Both the position numbers and the translations under genes were made by a program. Positions 37,409 to 50,673 of a stretch of 64,000 bases of DNA are shown one piece after another. The notes below the pieces were generated by a model, which was given only the letters and a program-made list of their open reading frames with translations, was not told where the DNA came from and did not search any database. Numbering within the stretch: the first letter of the stretch is position 1; each line of letters begins with the position of its first letter. Origin of the DNA: Pelomyxa schiedti (Eukaryota; Protista; Evosea); NCBI GenBank assembly GCA_020536535.1, contig JAHLWZ010000091.1, positions 6,803 through 70,802 on the forward strand. Reading direction: 5' to 3'.

Positions 37409-40400
37409 TTACAACAGAAGTGTTCGTGTCACTATCTCCTCGAATGTGGGTCTTGCTGCTGGATCATTGTTCCAGCATTCTTCCATTAATTCCGCATATC
37501 GCACGTAGGATTCTGTGACAACAAATGAGACAAAGGCCGAAAATCAACTAACAACACACGGGGTATTGCGGCAGGAAGAGGAGGTCTTAAACCCTGGATG
37601 ATATCGGGAATAAGGTCCGCATCCGACCTATCATTGAATGGAATCTTGCCGGTCATCATCTCCCACCTGGAAATAAAGTTGAGTGTGGAGTAATTCTGGT
37701 TACGGTAAACCCAGCTCACATTACAATCGAAAAGGAGTAAGTGTCAGCTTTTTCTGTATATGTTGACTCGGCTAGCACTTCTGGTGCTGCCCAGCAAACT
37801 TTTTAGAAATGAGGTTAAGTTAAGGGTGTTCTTCAGAGAACTTACCAGTTCCACAGACTGTCATAGCTTTGTTCACACTTTTAAATCTACTTAGACCAAA
37901 ATCACAAATCTGTTTTGATCAATGTAAAATCCTTTAAAAATGGAAGTTGTACCTTGATGTCCCACTTCTTGTTCACCTTTTTTTTATGAAGTGTGTTTTA
38001 GTTTTGTTCGGATCGGGAAGAATTCATACCAAGACATTAGCACATTTCAAGTCACGATGTACAATGACAGGTTTGGCTGTGTGCAAAAATAGCATTCCTT
38101 GTGCAATGGAATGTGTACAAAGCTTGGTTTGATTCCATGACAACCGTTCTCCTTTGTCCAAAAGACCCTTTTATTGTTGGTTGCCAAAGAGACATCGGTT
38201 TTTTTGTTGTTACTCGAAGACTGCCAAGTTCCATGAACTCTGTAATGATACACATGTCTGGTGCTTTTAGACACGCGCCCATGAATAACACAATGCTAAC
38301 GATTTTAAAAGAAGTAAAGGTATGAGGGAAGTACTTGGGGTGCCTTAGCTCACTAGTAGAGAGGTTAGGTTCTGTCATAGTGAGTTTCAAGTATTACCTC
38401 ATCAACGCTATTTCTTTGAGTTGATTGTAGCGTTCACCCTCTGAATCACCCTCTTTCTGATTGAGGAGCCGTTTGACAGCAACACGCTGTCCCCTCCACT
38501 TAGCATACCAAACCTCACCAAAGTTGCCTTTCCCGATAATATGCAGTAAGTTAATTTCGTTCCACTCTACTTGCCAGCCTGATGACTCGGAGGTAATAAT
38601 TGCATTCTGAGAGCTGGAAGTATTCATAAAAGCGGAGTTATAGTAGCCAGAAGAATCAAACTCCCGGCATTTCAGACTCACAGGAACAAACTAACATGAT
38701 GGTTAAGGGCATCCTACAATGAATAAACTCGGGAAAAACTTGATAAACAGTTTCAGGAGCAGAGAATCCACTCCACTTGAACGTTCCATATAATGACAAA
38801 TCGCCAATGTTTCTCAATTCTTCATTTGGGTCTGATTGGATCATATCATTACATATTTTGTGCATGTCAGCACTCAAGGTTATTTGTCCTCCCTATTCGG
38901 CTAAATAAGGGCTAAATAACAGTAACATAAAACAAAAGACACACCTGCCCAGAGGACGCCACTTTGGATGTTTTGATTACAGTTGGTCCGAAATAAGTCA
39001 TTCTTTCTGTAGAAATTCGTTTAAACCACAACTGAAGGGAAGTACTACTTGTGGTTGGATCCAAGTCAACATCTGGGTGCCCATAATGGCATCCCATTCG
39101 AACTTGTAAACCACGGAAAGCAAGTGCACCGTCTAAGAAAGTGTGTAAGAAAGCCCTTCAGTTTAAAGCTCTTTTATACCAATGATCTGATTGCTACACA
39201 GTGAATTGGTCAACAATGTAGGGTCCCAAGGTGCTGAGATCACAGTTAAACATTGGAGAATGGAAGAAGGTACCGTTGAGCAAAGCAATCTGCGCATCAT
39301 TGCAAAACCGAAGTGCTTTTAAAGGGTTTTTAAATACTACAGTAAAAGATTCCCCCTCTGTTTTAGATTCATAGCCATTGTTTTCACGGTAAGTTTTTCT
39401 AATAATGCTATTGTGCAAGCTAAGAGCTCTCTTCCTGCTGGCGTTGAGCGAAAATACATACAAAGTGAGGTTACATGATGTTGGGATCCCATTCCCACAG
39501 TGTTGCGGCGCCTCGAACCTCTAAAACGGTGAGGCACATAATACAATACGCAACTTCAACCTGTGAAAACTAAAGCTAGATTTCCCGAAGGTGCTTCTGC
39601 ATCACTAAAGCTCTGTTCAACTTCCTATGCACATTAGCTCATTCTCGTTGCTTTTGTGCGGAGAAATACAATGATGTGATTAAGGTGAGAGTCTAGCTTT
39701 TCCCATTCTTTCAAAATTTCAGCAAAGCTTGGCCGTAAGCTTGTATTGAACAATCAATGTTTTCGCCAGATGAAAGGGGAACACACTCTGGAACAACACT
39801 CCAGCAAGATTGCATGAGTTTTGCTACCGGCTCAATGACAGATGACGGTATAACGGGTCTGCAGTGCCTACTAAAAAAAAACGGTTGTGGAAGAATAGAA
39901 GTGGAACCTCAAATTTTCTTTGGTAACCTTGTGGATAACAGTGAATGCATTCATATTTTCGTATAGTCTCTCTCGCGTGAATATCTTTTAAAAGTTTACT
40001 TGTTTTCTCACAGGGAGAGTTACAAACCTCCCATAACGAAATCCCGTAAGAATATACATCTGATTTTGTGGTATAGGGTGCTTTATTTAGGACTTCTGGA
40101 GCAGCCCATTGAACCGAGCTCGAAACTCGTTTCGATCCCTCAGCAAAAATGGACATTCCGAAATCTGCCACCTGCCAAGAAAATATTGTAAACAGAATGA
40201 AGCACCACAAAAACGCACTTTACAATTGAGCTTTGAGTCCACCTAGTGTTGAAGTCAGATAACAAAGTCACAAGATTGGAAAAACCAATAAATTCGCAGG
40301 TTTTATATCACAGTGGATAATGATAGGGTCAAATGTGTGCAAAAAGTTTAGCCCTTTCGCAACATCTTTTGCCATAGAAAGTTTGTTCGAGAGGGAGAGA

Positions 40401-43011
40401 AATCTGCCTTGGTCTCGGAGGATGTCAGCAAGGGATCCCTCTGACATATACTCTGGAAAAAGGGCATGAAATAGAGGAAAAAAGCAGTAATGTTCCCCAC
40501 CAGTGACAATGTACAAATACTCGGGGTCAACCCCAAAAGCCATAAAGAGTACAACCTGAATGAGGTAAGGGACCAAAATGATTAGGTTACGCTACTTGAG
40601 GATGTCTGAGAAGTCTGCTCGTTACGGTAAGAAAAAATACAGCAATTAAAAGAATTTACCTCAAAATCTCCACTTCCCGTTCAAACTCGTCTAGCTTGTG
40701 CCGAACAGTTTGGGTTTGTATCTGTTTGACAGCTACATCAGTCCCACGCCATTCCCCTCTATTTTGTGCATTACGAAGTACTCAAAGAGTGCTGACGTGT
40801 GTACTTATATACGGTGCCAAACGATCCAACACCAATCTGCTTGGATAATGTCAATTCCTTGGGATCTACCTTCCAGATATTAAGGGCTGTGTCTGATAGT
40901 TCATGGATTCTCTGAGAGAGGTTCTTTCCAAGACAATAAAAAAAATAAAGGAGTGATACTCTTGAGTGTCTGAAGTACCTCAGCCAAACCATTATGCTTG
41001 CGAGAATGACAAGAGTGCAAAAAGAAGTTATACTCACTCCAAGTACAAGAGCTATGAGGTATTAATAGTAAAAGTAATTAGCTTCCCTCACACATGTGTT
41101 AACATGGCTGCAAGCAACAGGCCCGCAAGGATAATTATCGTCAATTATTTTCTGTTCAAGGGCAGCAGCATTTACCAACGCGTCCTGTGCGTCTTCTAAT
41201 CCTACCGCAGCGCGGCCAATCTGCTCCATATGGGGGACTAGGAGATCAACATACTCCGGCAACCTAAACTAAAGTGAGCTTTCCATATAAAAGGGAAATC
41301 CAACCTCCAAAAATCTTTCGTGTACGGGAAAACCAAACTATAGATACTATTGTAAGGCTTGAGGCTTTGGAAAGCAGAACTCATTATAATGTCCTAATAA
41401 TAGTAAAAACAGAGAGAAGGACCAAGCTACCTTTCTTGTTGAAAATCCCCCTCTTGAAGCCCACTCTTTTTGTACAGCTTTGGAGAGAAGCCACTTGAAC
41501 AAGTCAATGGCAGCTTCTTTATTCGGAGATTTCGAGTAGATACCAAGTCCCTGGGTAATTGTTATAAGAACAAGTTTAATGTAAATGAAAACCTGTCCTC
41601 CTAGGGATACATCAAACCCAATTGGGAGTGCTGCATAAGATAAATTCGAGGAATGGAGACAAGAGACTGTATCAAGGAATGAAGGGCCGAAATTTATCTG
41701 CAGTAGTCAGGTTATGCATATGTCTCGGATTGATACCCAAATAGTTCCCATTGCCGCAGTGCCATTGCATAGGAGCTGTCTTTATTAAGGGAAATCTGGT
41801 AACAAATGGAAGTACATTAATGACATCTGTGTGCTGAGCAGAATCACAGGGGGTCCCAATTCCATTGCATGTCTGTATCAAGTTGCGAACAAACTTCGTG
41901 GCATTAATATTTTGGGGACTATCCAGAACACCCTCAATCTCATAGGAAGACTCGTCCCACAATTCGCCTTGTGTTCTGTTAACGAAAGTGGACTTCCTTT
42001 TTCACCCACCTCCAAATGCCCATGCAATTTGATTCCAATTACAAGCAAATTGATCATAACACAATTCAGGATCATGACACCATGCTGCAACAAAGCCAGC
42101 AGGTGCCCCCAAAGAAGGCTTGGCATGGAACTGTTGTGCAATAGACAGTATGTCATCCCTATCAAGGTGAAATATGTGAGGTAGCCCTCTATGCTAAGAA
42201 ACTCACCAGGATTCAGGTACGTCGAATCCGTTCTTCTCAAATAAGTCTTTTCGGTAAATTAAAGCCATACAATCACCATTGAAGCCAAACCCTTTTTTTA
42301 GTTAGTTTAAAGAGGAGTGGGGAAGGAAACCCCAATAGCTCTGGCTTTGGAACTGTCCATAGTAATCAAGCTTATAGTAGTTCTCCTTTTCTGGTAACAC
42401 AATATCTGTGACCTTTAGGAAATATTGTTCAACACTGCAGAAGGGGGTAAGGCAGAGTATTACATCTAAGATGTAGCCATTGTCTACTATGTCACCAACC
42501 CATTGGCTATCATAAAGGGCTAGATCAGGCCCACGCCCCACTGCCCATCCATTTGTTATGGTATTTTTGTACCACTTACAGGTATTAAACCAATAATATG
42601 GGAAAAGGCAAGGTACGTACATCTCCTATCGGGGGGCAATCCTAACGAAAATTTAGCGTTACTCCCAACGCGTGGACGTGGTACCATTTGCACTACGGCA
42701 TCAGTGTAGAGATCATCCAGCATCCTCTGCAAAATGTAACATGGTGTCCAGTCGAACCACCCGATGGTCAGGTTGACAACGTGGTGGTTTCTGCTCACTT
42801 TTTCTTCGACTGTCGCGGAGGCCGAGATCTGCGCGAGATGTAGCGCGACACACAGCCACAAGAGTACAGGCCGCGTCGTTTCTACGGAATGGTCTGTCTG
42901 AGATCGCAGGTGGTATTCGGTAGTTTGTAACTTGAGTGTTGCTTTGTTCGTGTGAGATTTTGATTATTTTACAGAAATCCGATCGCGTTCAGAGATCTTC
43001 GCCCGGCACAT
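37409..43011 (-). CDS. Receptor with sugar-type solute-binding ectodomain, TM helix, TKL kinase, class III cyclase-like domain and second TKL kinase; start uncertain
   Basis: GPDLALYDSQWVGDIVDNGYILD and ALIYRKDLFEKNG (ABC sugar SBP); TM near 40990-41060; IGVGSFG/HCDIKPAN/DFG; KTEGESF, RGLQVRMGCHYG, YFGPTV; IGKGNFG/HRDLKCAN/DFG/WAAPE. Confidence 0.85.
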
Positions 43012-43186
43012 CGATTAGGCTAAATCAAGAAGGAAGAAACCAAAGAACTATTTTTGGCTACTGGATTACATCATCCCGGGATCAACAAACCGAAAGGCAT
43101 AATTTCTACATAACAAAAAAAAAACAAACCCACAAAATAAACACGCCTCGTTGGTGCCGGTGTTGGTGCAACCACACACAATCTGA

Positions 43187-43827
43187 ATGATGTCGGCTGC
43201 GGTATACTGGACTGGGACGCCTCCCGTGTTGTGCTCTACGCCGATCCCTTCTTCAGCATCATTACCGCAGGCTACGAGAAAGGGCCAGATCTCGGTGTCC
43301 TCGACTGCAACTGCATCTTCGTCAGCGTCGAGTTGCGAGGAAGCTATGTCGAGGGTAGTTGGCGACGAGTATCTGGTGACTGTGGTGTTAGGCTGCATCA
43401 ACAACGGAGTTGACTCGTGTCGTGCCTCTCACGTTTGCAAAAAGTGGAGGCAGCTATGCGATGAAGACTTCTACAAGGTAATAGTATCCTGTTCGGTCAA
43501 CAGTCTCCTTAACATCGCCAGGAAAAGTGCAAAGAGAAGTTCTCTGGAAAAACAACGGGTGTATACAGCTCATGGAAGCACATGTTTGTTGACGGCAACA
43601 AGAAGAACTTGTCAAGCAGAGTTCGCTCTCTTAACCGCTGTGCTCGCGTCGACTGTGCCTGGTGCGCTAGGAATTCTTGCGCAGTTGCTCATTCAAGTAC
43701 AAGCTTTGTACCCGTAGACTCCGCCATTGGCTCCATTGGAAACATGCATTCTGTTCAATACGCGGGCGTGTTTCACTCCATGGCTCTTGCCTGCACCCGC
43801 CTCCGAGCCATGCTGTCATCGTATTGA
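43187..43827 (+). CDS. Small F-box protein with Cys-rich C-terminus
   Basis: DEYLVTVVLGCI..SCRASHVCKKWRQLCDEDFYK then SWKHMF; one short intron. Confidence 0.6.
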
Positions 43828-43921
43828 TTTAACCTGTTCCCATAACAATTAACAATCACAACAAAAAAATTGCTGAGAGATTCTCTCGCTTGTTTTTATC
43901 CTTGGCTTTTTTTTTTGTTGC

Positions 43922-45149
43922 TCAACTCTTGTTGGCCTCTGGGGTAGTAGTGGTAACAGTGGATTGTTGTTGATTCTGAACGGCAGACTGAGAGGGCGTG
44001 GGTGTGGGTGTGGTAGTGGGTGCTTGTACTGGAGGTGCTACAACAAGCCCCCTTATAGTCAGGTCGTAAATGATCTCTTCTATCTGAAGGAAAGTGGAAG
44101 AGAAAGCAAAAAGTTGTTACAAATGGGGAATGGCACACCCTTTTGAGGTCGTACTTCATAGAGTCAAATCGCTTTCTCAAACTGTCGTTCTTTAGGTTCA
44201 GTTGTTGAAACCCTACGGGATGTTAAAGAGTAAACCCAAGTATTACACTGCAAAGATACCAGAATACAAGTCATGCAAGAATGCAGAAATTTTCTGTGGT
44301 GTTGCATATTCCCCTCGAATAACACAGTTGACAGAGTATCTCACTAATTCACTTGGTATTCCGCAAAGACCTTGGGAAGTTTCTTCAGTCATTTATCCAG
44401 TCGTTACTGAGTACACACCGTGCAAATAAGTCTCAAGATCAATACCAAAAGAATCAGTGTCAGCAACAGCGGCTGCTCCATCGATGTTTCTTGTAGGAAG
44501 CCCCAAGATGGCCTGTGTAGAGTGTATAGAGAACAGCCACGTTAGTATTCTACGAAATTGACAACTCCCACTCAATTGGCATATTTAAGGAAGTACAAAC
44601 TTCAATTTCTGGAATTGTCACTAATTTGGCCTCATCCAACCAGATGACTGTCGCTATAACTTGTACCTGAAATTGGATGTTACGATAACAGAGAGCTTAG
44701 CGTAACTTACAAGGTTGCTCATATGCATCCTGAATATTTCATTGTACTTGTAAAAGAGCCCCGGTTGTATATGGCCCCGTAGTACACCGATATGTTTGCA
44801 CGCGTCATTTGCCACAAGCTCTAGCACACTTCTCCTCAGAGCTGCTCACAAAGTCAAAATGCAAAATCAGCGATGAGAAATGAGAAACAAGACCCTTGTG
44901 CATATCCACCGCAGAGAGTGCCGAAGTCCCTGACGGGAAGAAGAAGCACCGCGAAACCGCAGCAGAGCACGCTGCCACAGAGGACTGCAACAACTTTGCG
45001 GTGTCGCGGATAACTTCGCGAGTGGATTCTTCCGTAGTCAACAAAGTGCTGATCTCCTGCATCACCCCATTCACTCCCGCAATCACATCCGCGGCCGCAT
45101 TACCACTAGATGTTGTAGTTGATGCCACGGCAGATCCCTTGTTGTCCAT
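43922..45149 (-). CDS. TSN: Translin (C3PO subunit)
   Basis: EESTREVIRD, FGIDLETYLHGV, ELVRYSVNCVIRGEY, FQQLNLKNDSLRKRFDSMKYDLKRIEEIIYDLTIRGL. Confidence 0.92.
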
Positions 45150-45364
45150 TTTAGTGTAATTTCTGTTTCGTTTGACCTGTGGAACTCCCTTCCCCCTGGA
45201 GGCATTAGGCCCAAAAGAAGAAAGAGAGCACAATCCACAATCTGAGGCTCAGTACAGAGGTCTCAGGATGGCGGAGTGTGCCTCCGGCCGGCATCAATCG
45301 TCAAAGTTGGTAATTAACTTGATTTGAGTAGCACTTCTAGTAACAGTAAAAAAAAAAAATACGT

Positions 45365-48300
45365 ATGAGCCGCCACAACAACACTCGGCACGGCGCCGCC
45401 CACAACCAGGCAGCCCCGTCTCTGTCAGTTGCTTCCACGGTTACGTCACCCTCCCCGCAGGCGGCGGCCCCCTCCCCCAGCTCTCGCCCACAGCCCACCG
45501 GTGGGTCCCGCCGCGTCACCACTGCCAGCAGCAGCAACAGCAGCAACTGCACAAGCACCACGGCTTCGTCGGGATCTGCTGCCTCGGCAGCAGCAGCCGC
45601 CGACGACGACTCGGCCCACGTAGCCAACTGGTTCTCACGGCTCAGCGCGCAGGGCCGTGTCGACGCCCTGACGACAGCAGATCCAATGGCCTGCCAGGCC
45701 GTCGTAAGGATGCGTGACATCGAGACCAAGGCTCTCCACCAGCCTCTCGTGCTCCCCCCGTCGCTCTTGGCTCCCCCTCCTAATCCTCCTCCGTCGTCGT
45801 CCAGTGCTTCTCCGAATGGACACGTCGGTGACGTCAATGCAACTGCGGCGACGGCCGCCGCCGCGGCGATTGCGTGCCTGTCGTTGGCTGAGTTTAGGCA
45901 GAATGTGCTAAGGGGGAAGGTGGTGCCAGTGGAGAATTGTGGGAGGAGCGCTTTTGGTGGAAGGTGTGTTGTGAGGCAGTGGTACAACCCAGTTTTCTTT
46001 TTTGGAGTCACTTTCAATTCTGATGTATACCCATCCCCTATATCCATTGCATTTCGGATTTTATACTATTTTAAGTCTCAGTATTGCTCAATTTGTTGGA
46101 GTCCCTCGTAAAAACAAAGAATCCCTGTCACTGACCTCTCACTCTCCCCTTTGAACCACTCACCAAAGGGAGTAGATTTCTGTAATACTCGCTGCCCTTC
46201 TATGCGGAGCCACCCCTTGTCGTGGTCCTCTTCTGCGATTTATGATGAACAACTTTTATCTGGTGTCTGTCTGGGTAAACATGGCCCTCTGGAAAACATT
46301 ACCGTGAAACAATCGATAGTAGAGAATCCAGAAAACTTCATTAAAATGATGGTACTGGCCCAGTTACGACTATTCTTAACTCGAACACAGAAATCTATTT
46401 CTCGTGGTGGCTTCCTTTCCAGTCCATGTCGGATGCAATTCAACTCCGATCGGCAATGGGTTTGCCAGGACCCTGAGTGGGTGAGTGGATATTCAACACA
46501 ATTGTGACAATAAACGTGCTCCTTTAATTTGCAGTGGACTGGGGGACAGTATCACACATTGCCGCAGTTCATTGCTTTTTTACTTGAGAAGTCCCTGTGG
46601 AGTTACTACTGGTTTCATTCAGGGGAAGTACGCATGGATTCAGCAGCAAAAAGGTTTCTTTATCTTGGAGAAACGTATGCTTAATGGTCCAAGATCGCCC
46701 ATCCCAAATCCAACTGTCAATCCCCCCCTACCAAGTTCGGAAATTTACCAATTTTGGCAAAATATATCAGACAGACAGAGGTATGGTCACAGACGTACCA
46801 AAAAACTGGCAAACCTTATGCACAAGGTCATGCACTATCGCCAAAATCGCTCCGTTTTTGCAGCACTTGGTTGCTAGTGTTCCCCAAAAGTACTTGGAAT
46901 ACCATGGTGAGCTAATCTTTTTAGTGTGATTAAGTAACGTGCATGCGTAGATTTATTGGAACTCCTTCAAGATTTGCCATCATTTTCTCATTTTCTCTTG
47001 CACAGTGACGAGAGAGTTTTCATTGACAACCTTTTTTCCTCCCCTTTGTACAGGTAAGAACATTCCTAAACTTTTTTCCTCCATTCTAAAGCAACTGCAG
47101 GGCCGGGTCACACTCTGATAAGCTCATTCTGCAAATGGGAAATATCATTCGACAAAGTTTAACTGACAAAACCACACAAGTCCCTCCCATCCCTCTTGGT
47201 ATTTTTAATGACTTCAAGGAGAACAATACATTGAGCCCTGGTGACCACCAGAAAAAGAAAAAGAAGCAAAAGAGTCCATCTCAATCACCCAAATCGAAAA
47301 GGTGAGAACACGTTGCCCAACATTGGAGAAAATAAACTTCTTCAGGAGAGAATGTGAAAATGAAGTTCAGAAACTGCTTTCACGACAAGTTTACCACCTT
47401 TTTCCTATCATTTTAGAAAACAAGCCTGACACTAGGGTTTCGAGAAAAGACCTGATGTGACAACTACCCCATCTGCCACACCAACTGAAACAGCAGCAAT
47501 TCTTCCCACAGCCCCAATTCCCACCAAAACCACGCAAAAGAAGCCAGCAAGGCAAATCGTGGAACCCCCCACAGCGGCAGCCCTTGATCTTGCAAGCAGC
47601 AAACCACTTCACATGCTCACGACAAAATCACACCCTCCTTCTCCTATAGATACACTGGACTTAGTTACTCCCCCACCACCCCTCAAGCAAACTCCTCCTC
47701 CCAAGCCAGCCAGACCAAATCAAAAGGTATGGAACACCTCACATCAACTCCAAACTCATCTGCTACAAGGGGATGGCAGATGCCTTAGATCTGGCACGTG
47801 AAAAAAGAACGAACAAGCCAGTACCTCCACAAAAGCCACAAGCACAAGAAGAAACCCTTCTGAGCAAAAGGACACGTTCCAATAGCCTTACTCAACTAAA
47901 AGAGGGCAAAGGAAAGTCACAAGGATGGCATAGTAACAGTACACCTACTACCCCTCCAAGCAGCCCAACTATTACAGCAGTTTCACACATAAATTCACCA
48001 CCATTACCTGCAAAATCCGCTGTCAATAAAGTAACTTCTCCCCTCCTATCTCCTTCCACCATTCCAAGCTCCGTGGTGCCTTCAGCAAAATCCGTAGATA
48101 ACTCAGTGTGTCTTTAACTACTTGAAGGCCTATTTCTTAACGAATGACAGAAGTCACAAAGAAGAGCACACACTGATCCATCTGTCCCCATCCACTCTCG
48201 CCCACGTTCTTCCAGCATGAATCGGGAAGATCGCCCAGCTCCACTTCAAAATAAACTTTCAGCTCATCTTGACTTAGCAACTACCACACAAGTGCACAAG

Positions 48301-50559
48301 AACCGAAAAGGCAAACCCGTTCCACCAGCCACTCCTGTTGCCACGACCACATCTATACCTTCTGCTCCCCCAGCAGAGGAGAGCAGAAAGAAACCTACAG
48401 AAGAAAGTACAGAAGATGTGGTCAAGTTACCTCACAATGGATCACCAGAGGTACATCCACCGCAAAACCAAAATTCAACCAAAACCCAGCAAGCACAGAA
48501 TCAACAAAGGACAATAAAATCCACACCATCATTGAAGACACAAAATCCAGAATCATCATCCCTTCGGTCATCTCCGACCCAACTTCCATCACAACCACAT
48601 AACTCGGGACTGCAACCTGTACAACAGCCACAACGACAAAAGGTCATTCACCCAGCATCTCCCCCATCACCGATTCCTTCCCAATTACCACCAGCAAAAA
48701 AGGCAATAAAATCTCAAGCACCTCAAGTAACACACATATATAATGTGAATTCAGAGGTACTAGTGTCACCAGTGCATTCTACACCTGTTCCAGGCATCGC
48801 TGGCCCCACGAATTCAGGTATATCACCTGAACCGTCACCTTCCTTGCAGCACCAGCTTCCAGGGCCCCCCGAGATAAAACTGGTGACGCCTCCTAGTCCA
48901 ACCCAAGCTCAACCCGAGTTACATCCAAATACATCTCCACGAAACACTCCAACCTTCCTGCCACAGTACAAGTACCAGACGGCATCACCAACACTATCAA
49001 CAACTCCGAGTGGGTATCGACAATCACTGGACCTCGCCACCTCACACACCCAACCACCACACCCAATTCGAACAAGCACATTTTCACTTGACCTCGCAAG
49101 TGAATTCACACCAGCAGTCTCCGTAAGGTTTGTTTACAGCACCGAATCTACCATTTATGATAATCATTTTTAACAGCCGACCTCCGTGGGTGAGGCGCCC
49201 ATACACACATTCAAACCAGATAGTAAATTTATCAGCAGAAATTGAGGACTACGTTGACCTCATCACTGCCAGACAGCAAACACAACTGTAAACGTTCTAC
49301 TTTGGCTTCAGTACTATTTCTAAAAGGTTTTAGGGCCTCCAGCACTATCGTTTTGAACCAAATTGTATCAATCGTTTTATTTCTTTGGCCATTGGCACAA
49401 GTAGCTCCACATTGGAGAAGATATTTGCCTTAGTTTGTTAGGTTTCCCCTTTTGGCTCTTGTGTTACGTCATTGGCCATTCCCTCCAGTGACTTGGATAT
49501 AGCTATTGTACTAAATGGTGCTGTGGAAAGTATGTTCGTTTCTCCTAGTCTACCTTGAACTCATTCAACAACCCAGATCAAAAAGTTGCCCTCCAAATTT
49601 TGGCTGATATGTTAAGAAAGCAGGTACAACAACAAACCCACTGCGAGTGTGAATTTTGATAAAATGGGTGGGAAGGACTGGGCCTTGCACGTGAAAGCCA
49701 TTGATACTGCCAGCATGCCAATAATCAAGTTGGAAGTCCTTCCAGAAATGACCCGTACTGATATAACCTTCGATGAAGTGTCTGCTACCACGTGTGTACC
49801 AGTCGTTACAACACACCTGCACTAAATTACACACAAGGAAACATCGAGGCTTGGTGTTCACTCAAGTTATTCAGCAATACGTAAGGTTTTCTTCACCTTG
49901 TTTGTTTATATTGTTTTATCCACTGTGTACCACCAGGGAACTGCCTCACTTCAGGTCCATTTTACTAGTTCTGAAACAATTCCTCCATGAACGTGGGTTG
50001 AACAATATCTACTCTGGGGGGTTGTCTTCCTACTTGCTGGTATCTCCTGCAACAAAATACCAGTGCTTTACTGATAATCATCCTCAGGGAATTATGGTAA
50101 TTACTTACCTCCAAATTGAAAACCCGAGAAATGTATGCCACAGTACCGGGACGCTTTTACTTCGATTTCTCAGATACTACGGCTTTGTTTTCAATTACAA
50201 AACCATGGGTATTACTATGCGTAATGGCGGGTATGTTCTCCTCTTCGCCAGCCCTGCCAATCCCACCCCTAATCCAACAAAACCAAACACTCCCAACTCC
50301 TCCCAATAAACCAACCAATAGGAAGCACTACAAATTTGGCGAGGGAGACTACTACAGCACCCCCGGGCACATGATTGTGATTGAGGACCCATTCAACCCC
50401 AGAGTCAACGTGGCCAGCGGCGTGTTTGCAATGTGGCGGGTCCAGTCCGCCTTTGCAAGTGCATACACACTTCTCAGAAACGACCACACCGTGGAGGATG
50501 TACAGTGCCCTTCAATTTTGAGTAAAATTCTGGGCCTTGACCCCTTGTTGGGGGAGTAA
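45365..50559 (+). CDS. Trf4/TENT4-type non-canonical poly(A) polymerase with long N-terminal extension
   Basis: PFGSCVTSLAIPSSDLDI, ASMPIIKL, VLKQFLHERGLNNIYSGGLSSY, LLLRFLRYYG..FNY, IEDPFNPRVNV. Confidence 0.85.
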
Positions 50560-50673
50560 CGGGCTGGGCCACAGGAAAAAAAATGAAAAATAATAAAAAC
50601 CTAAATCACAACATAGAACAAAGGCAAGGAAAAAATTGTTTTTTCTATTTTTATTTTATTCTTTTGGCTTGTT

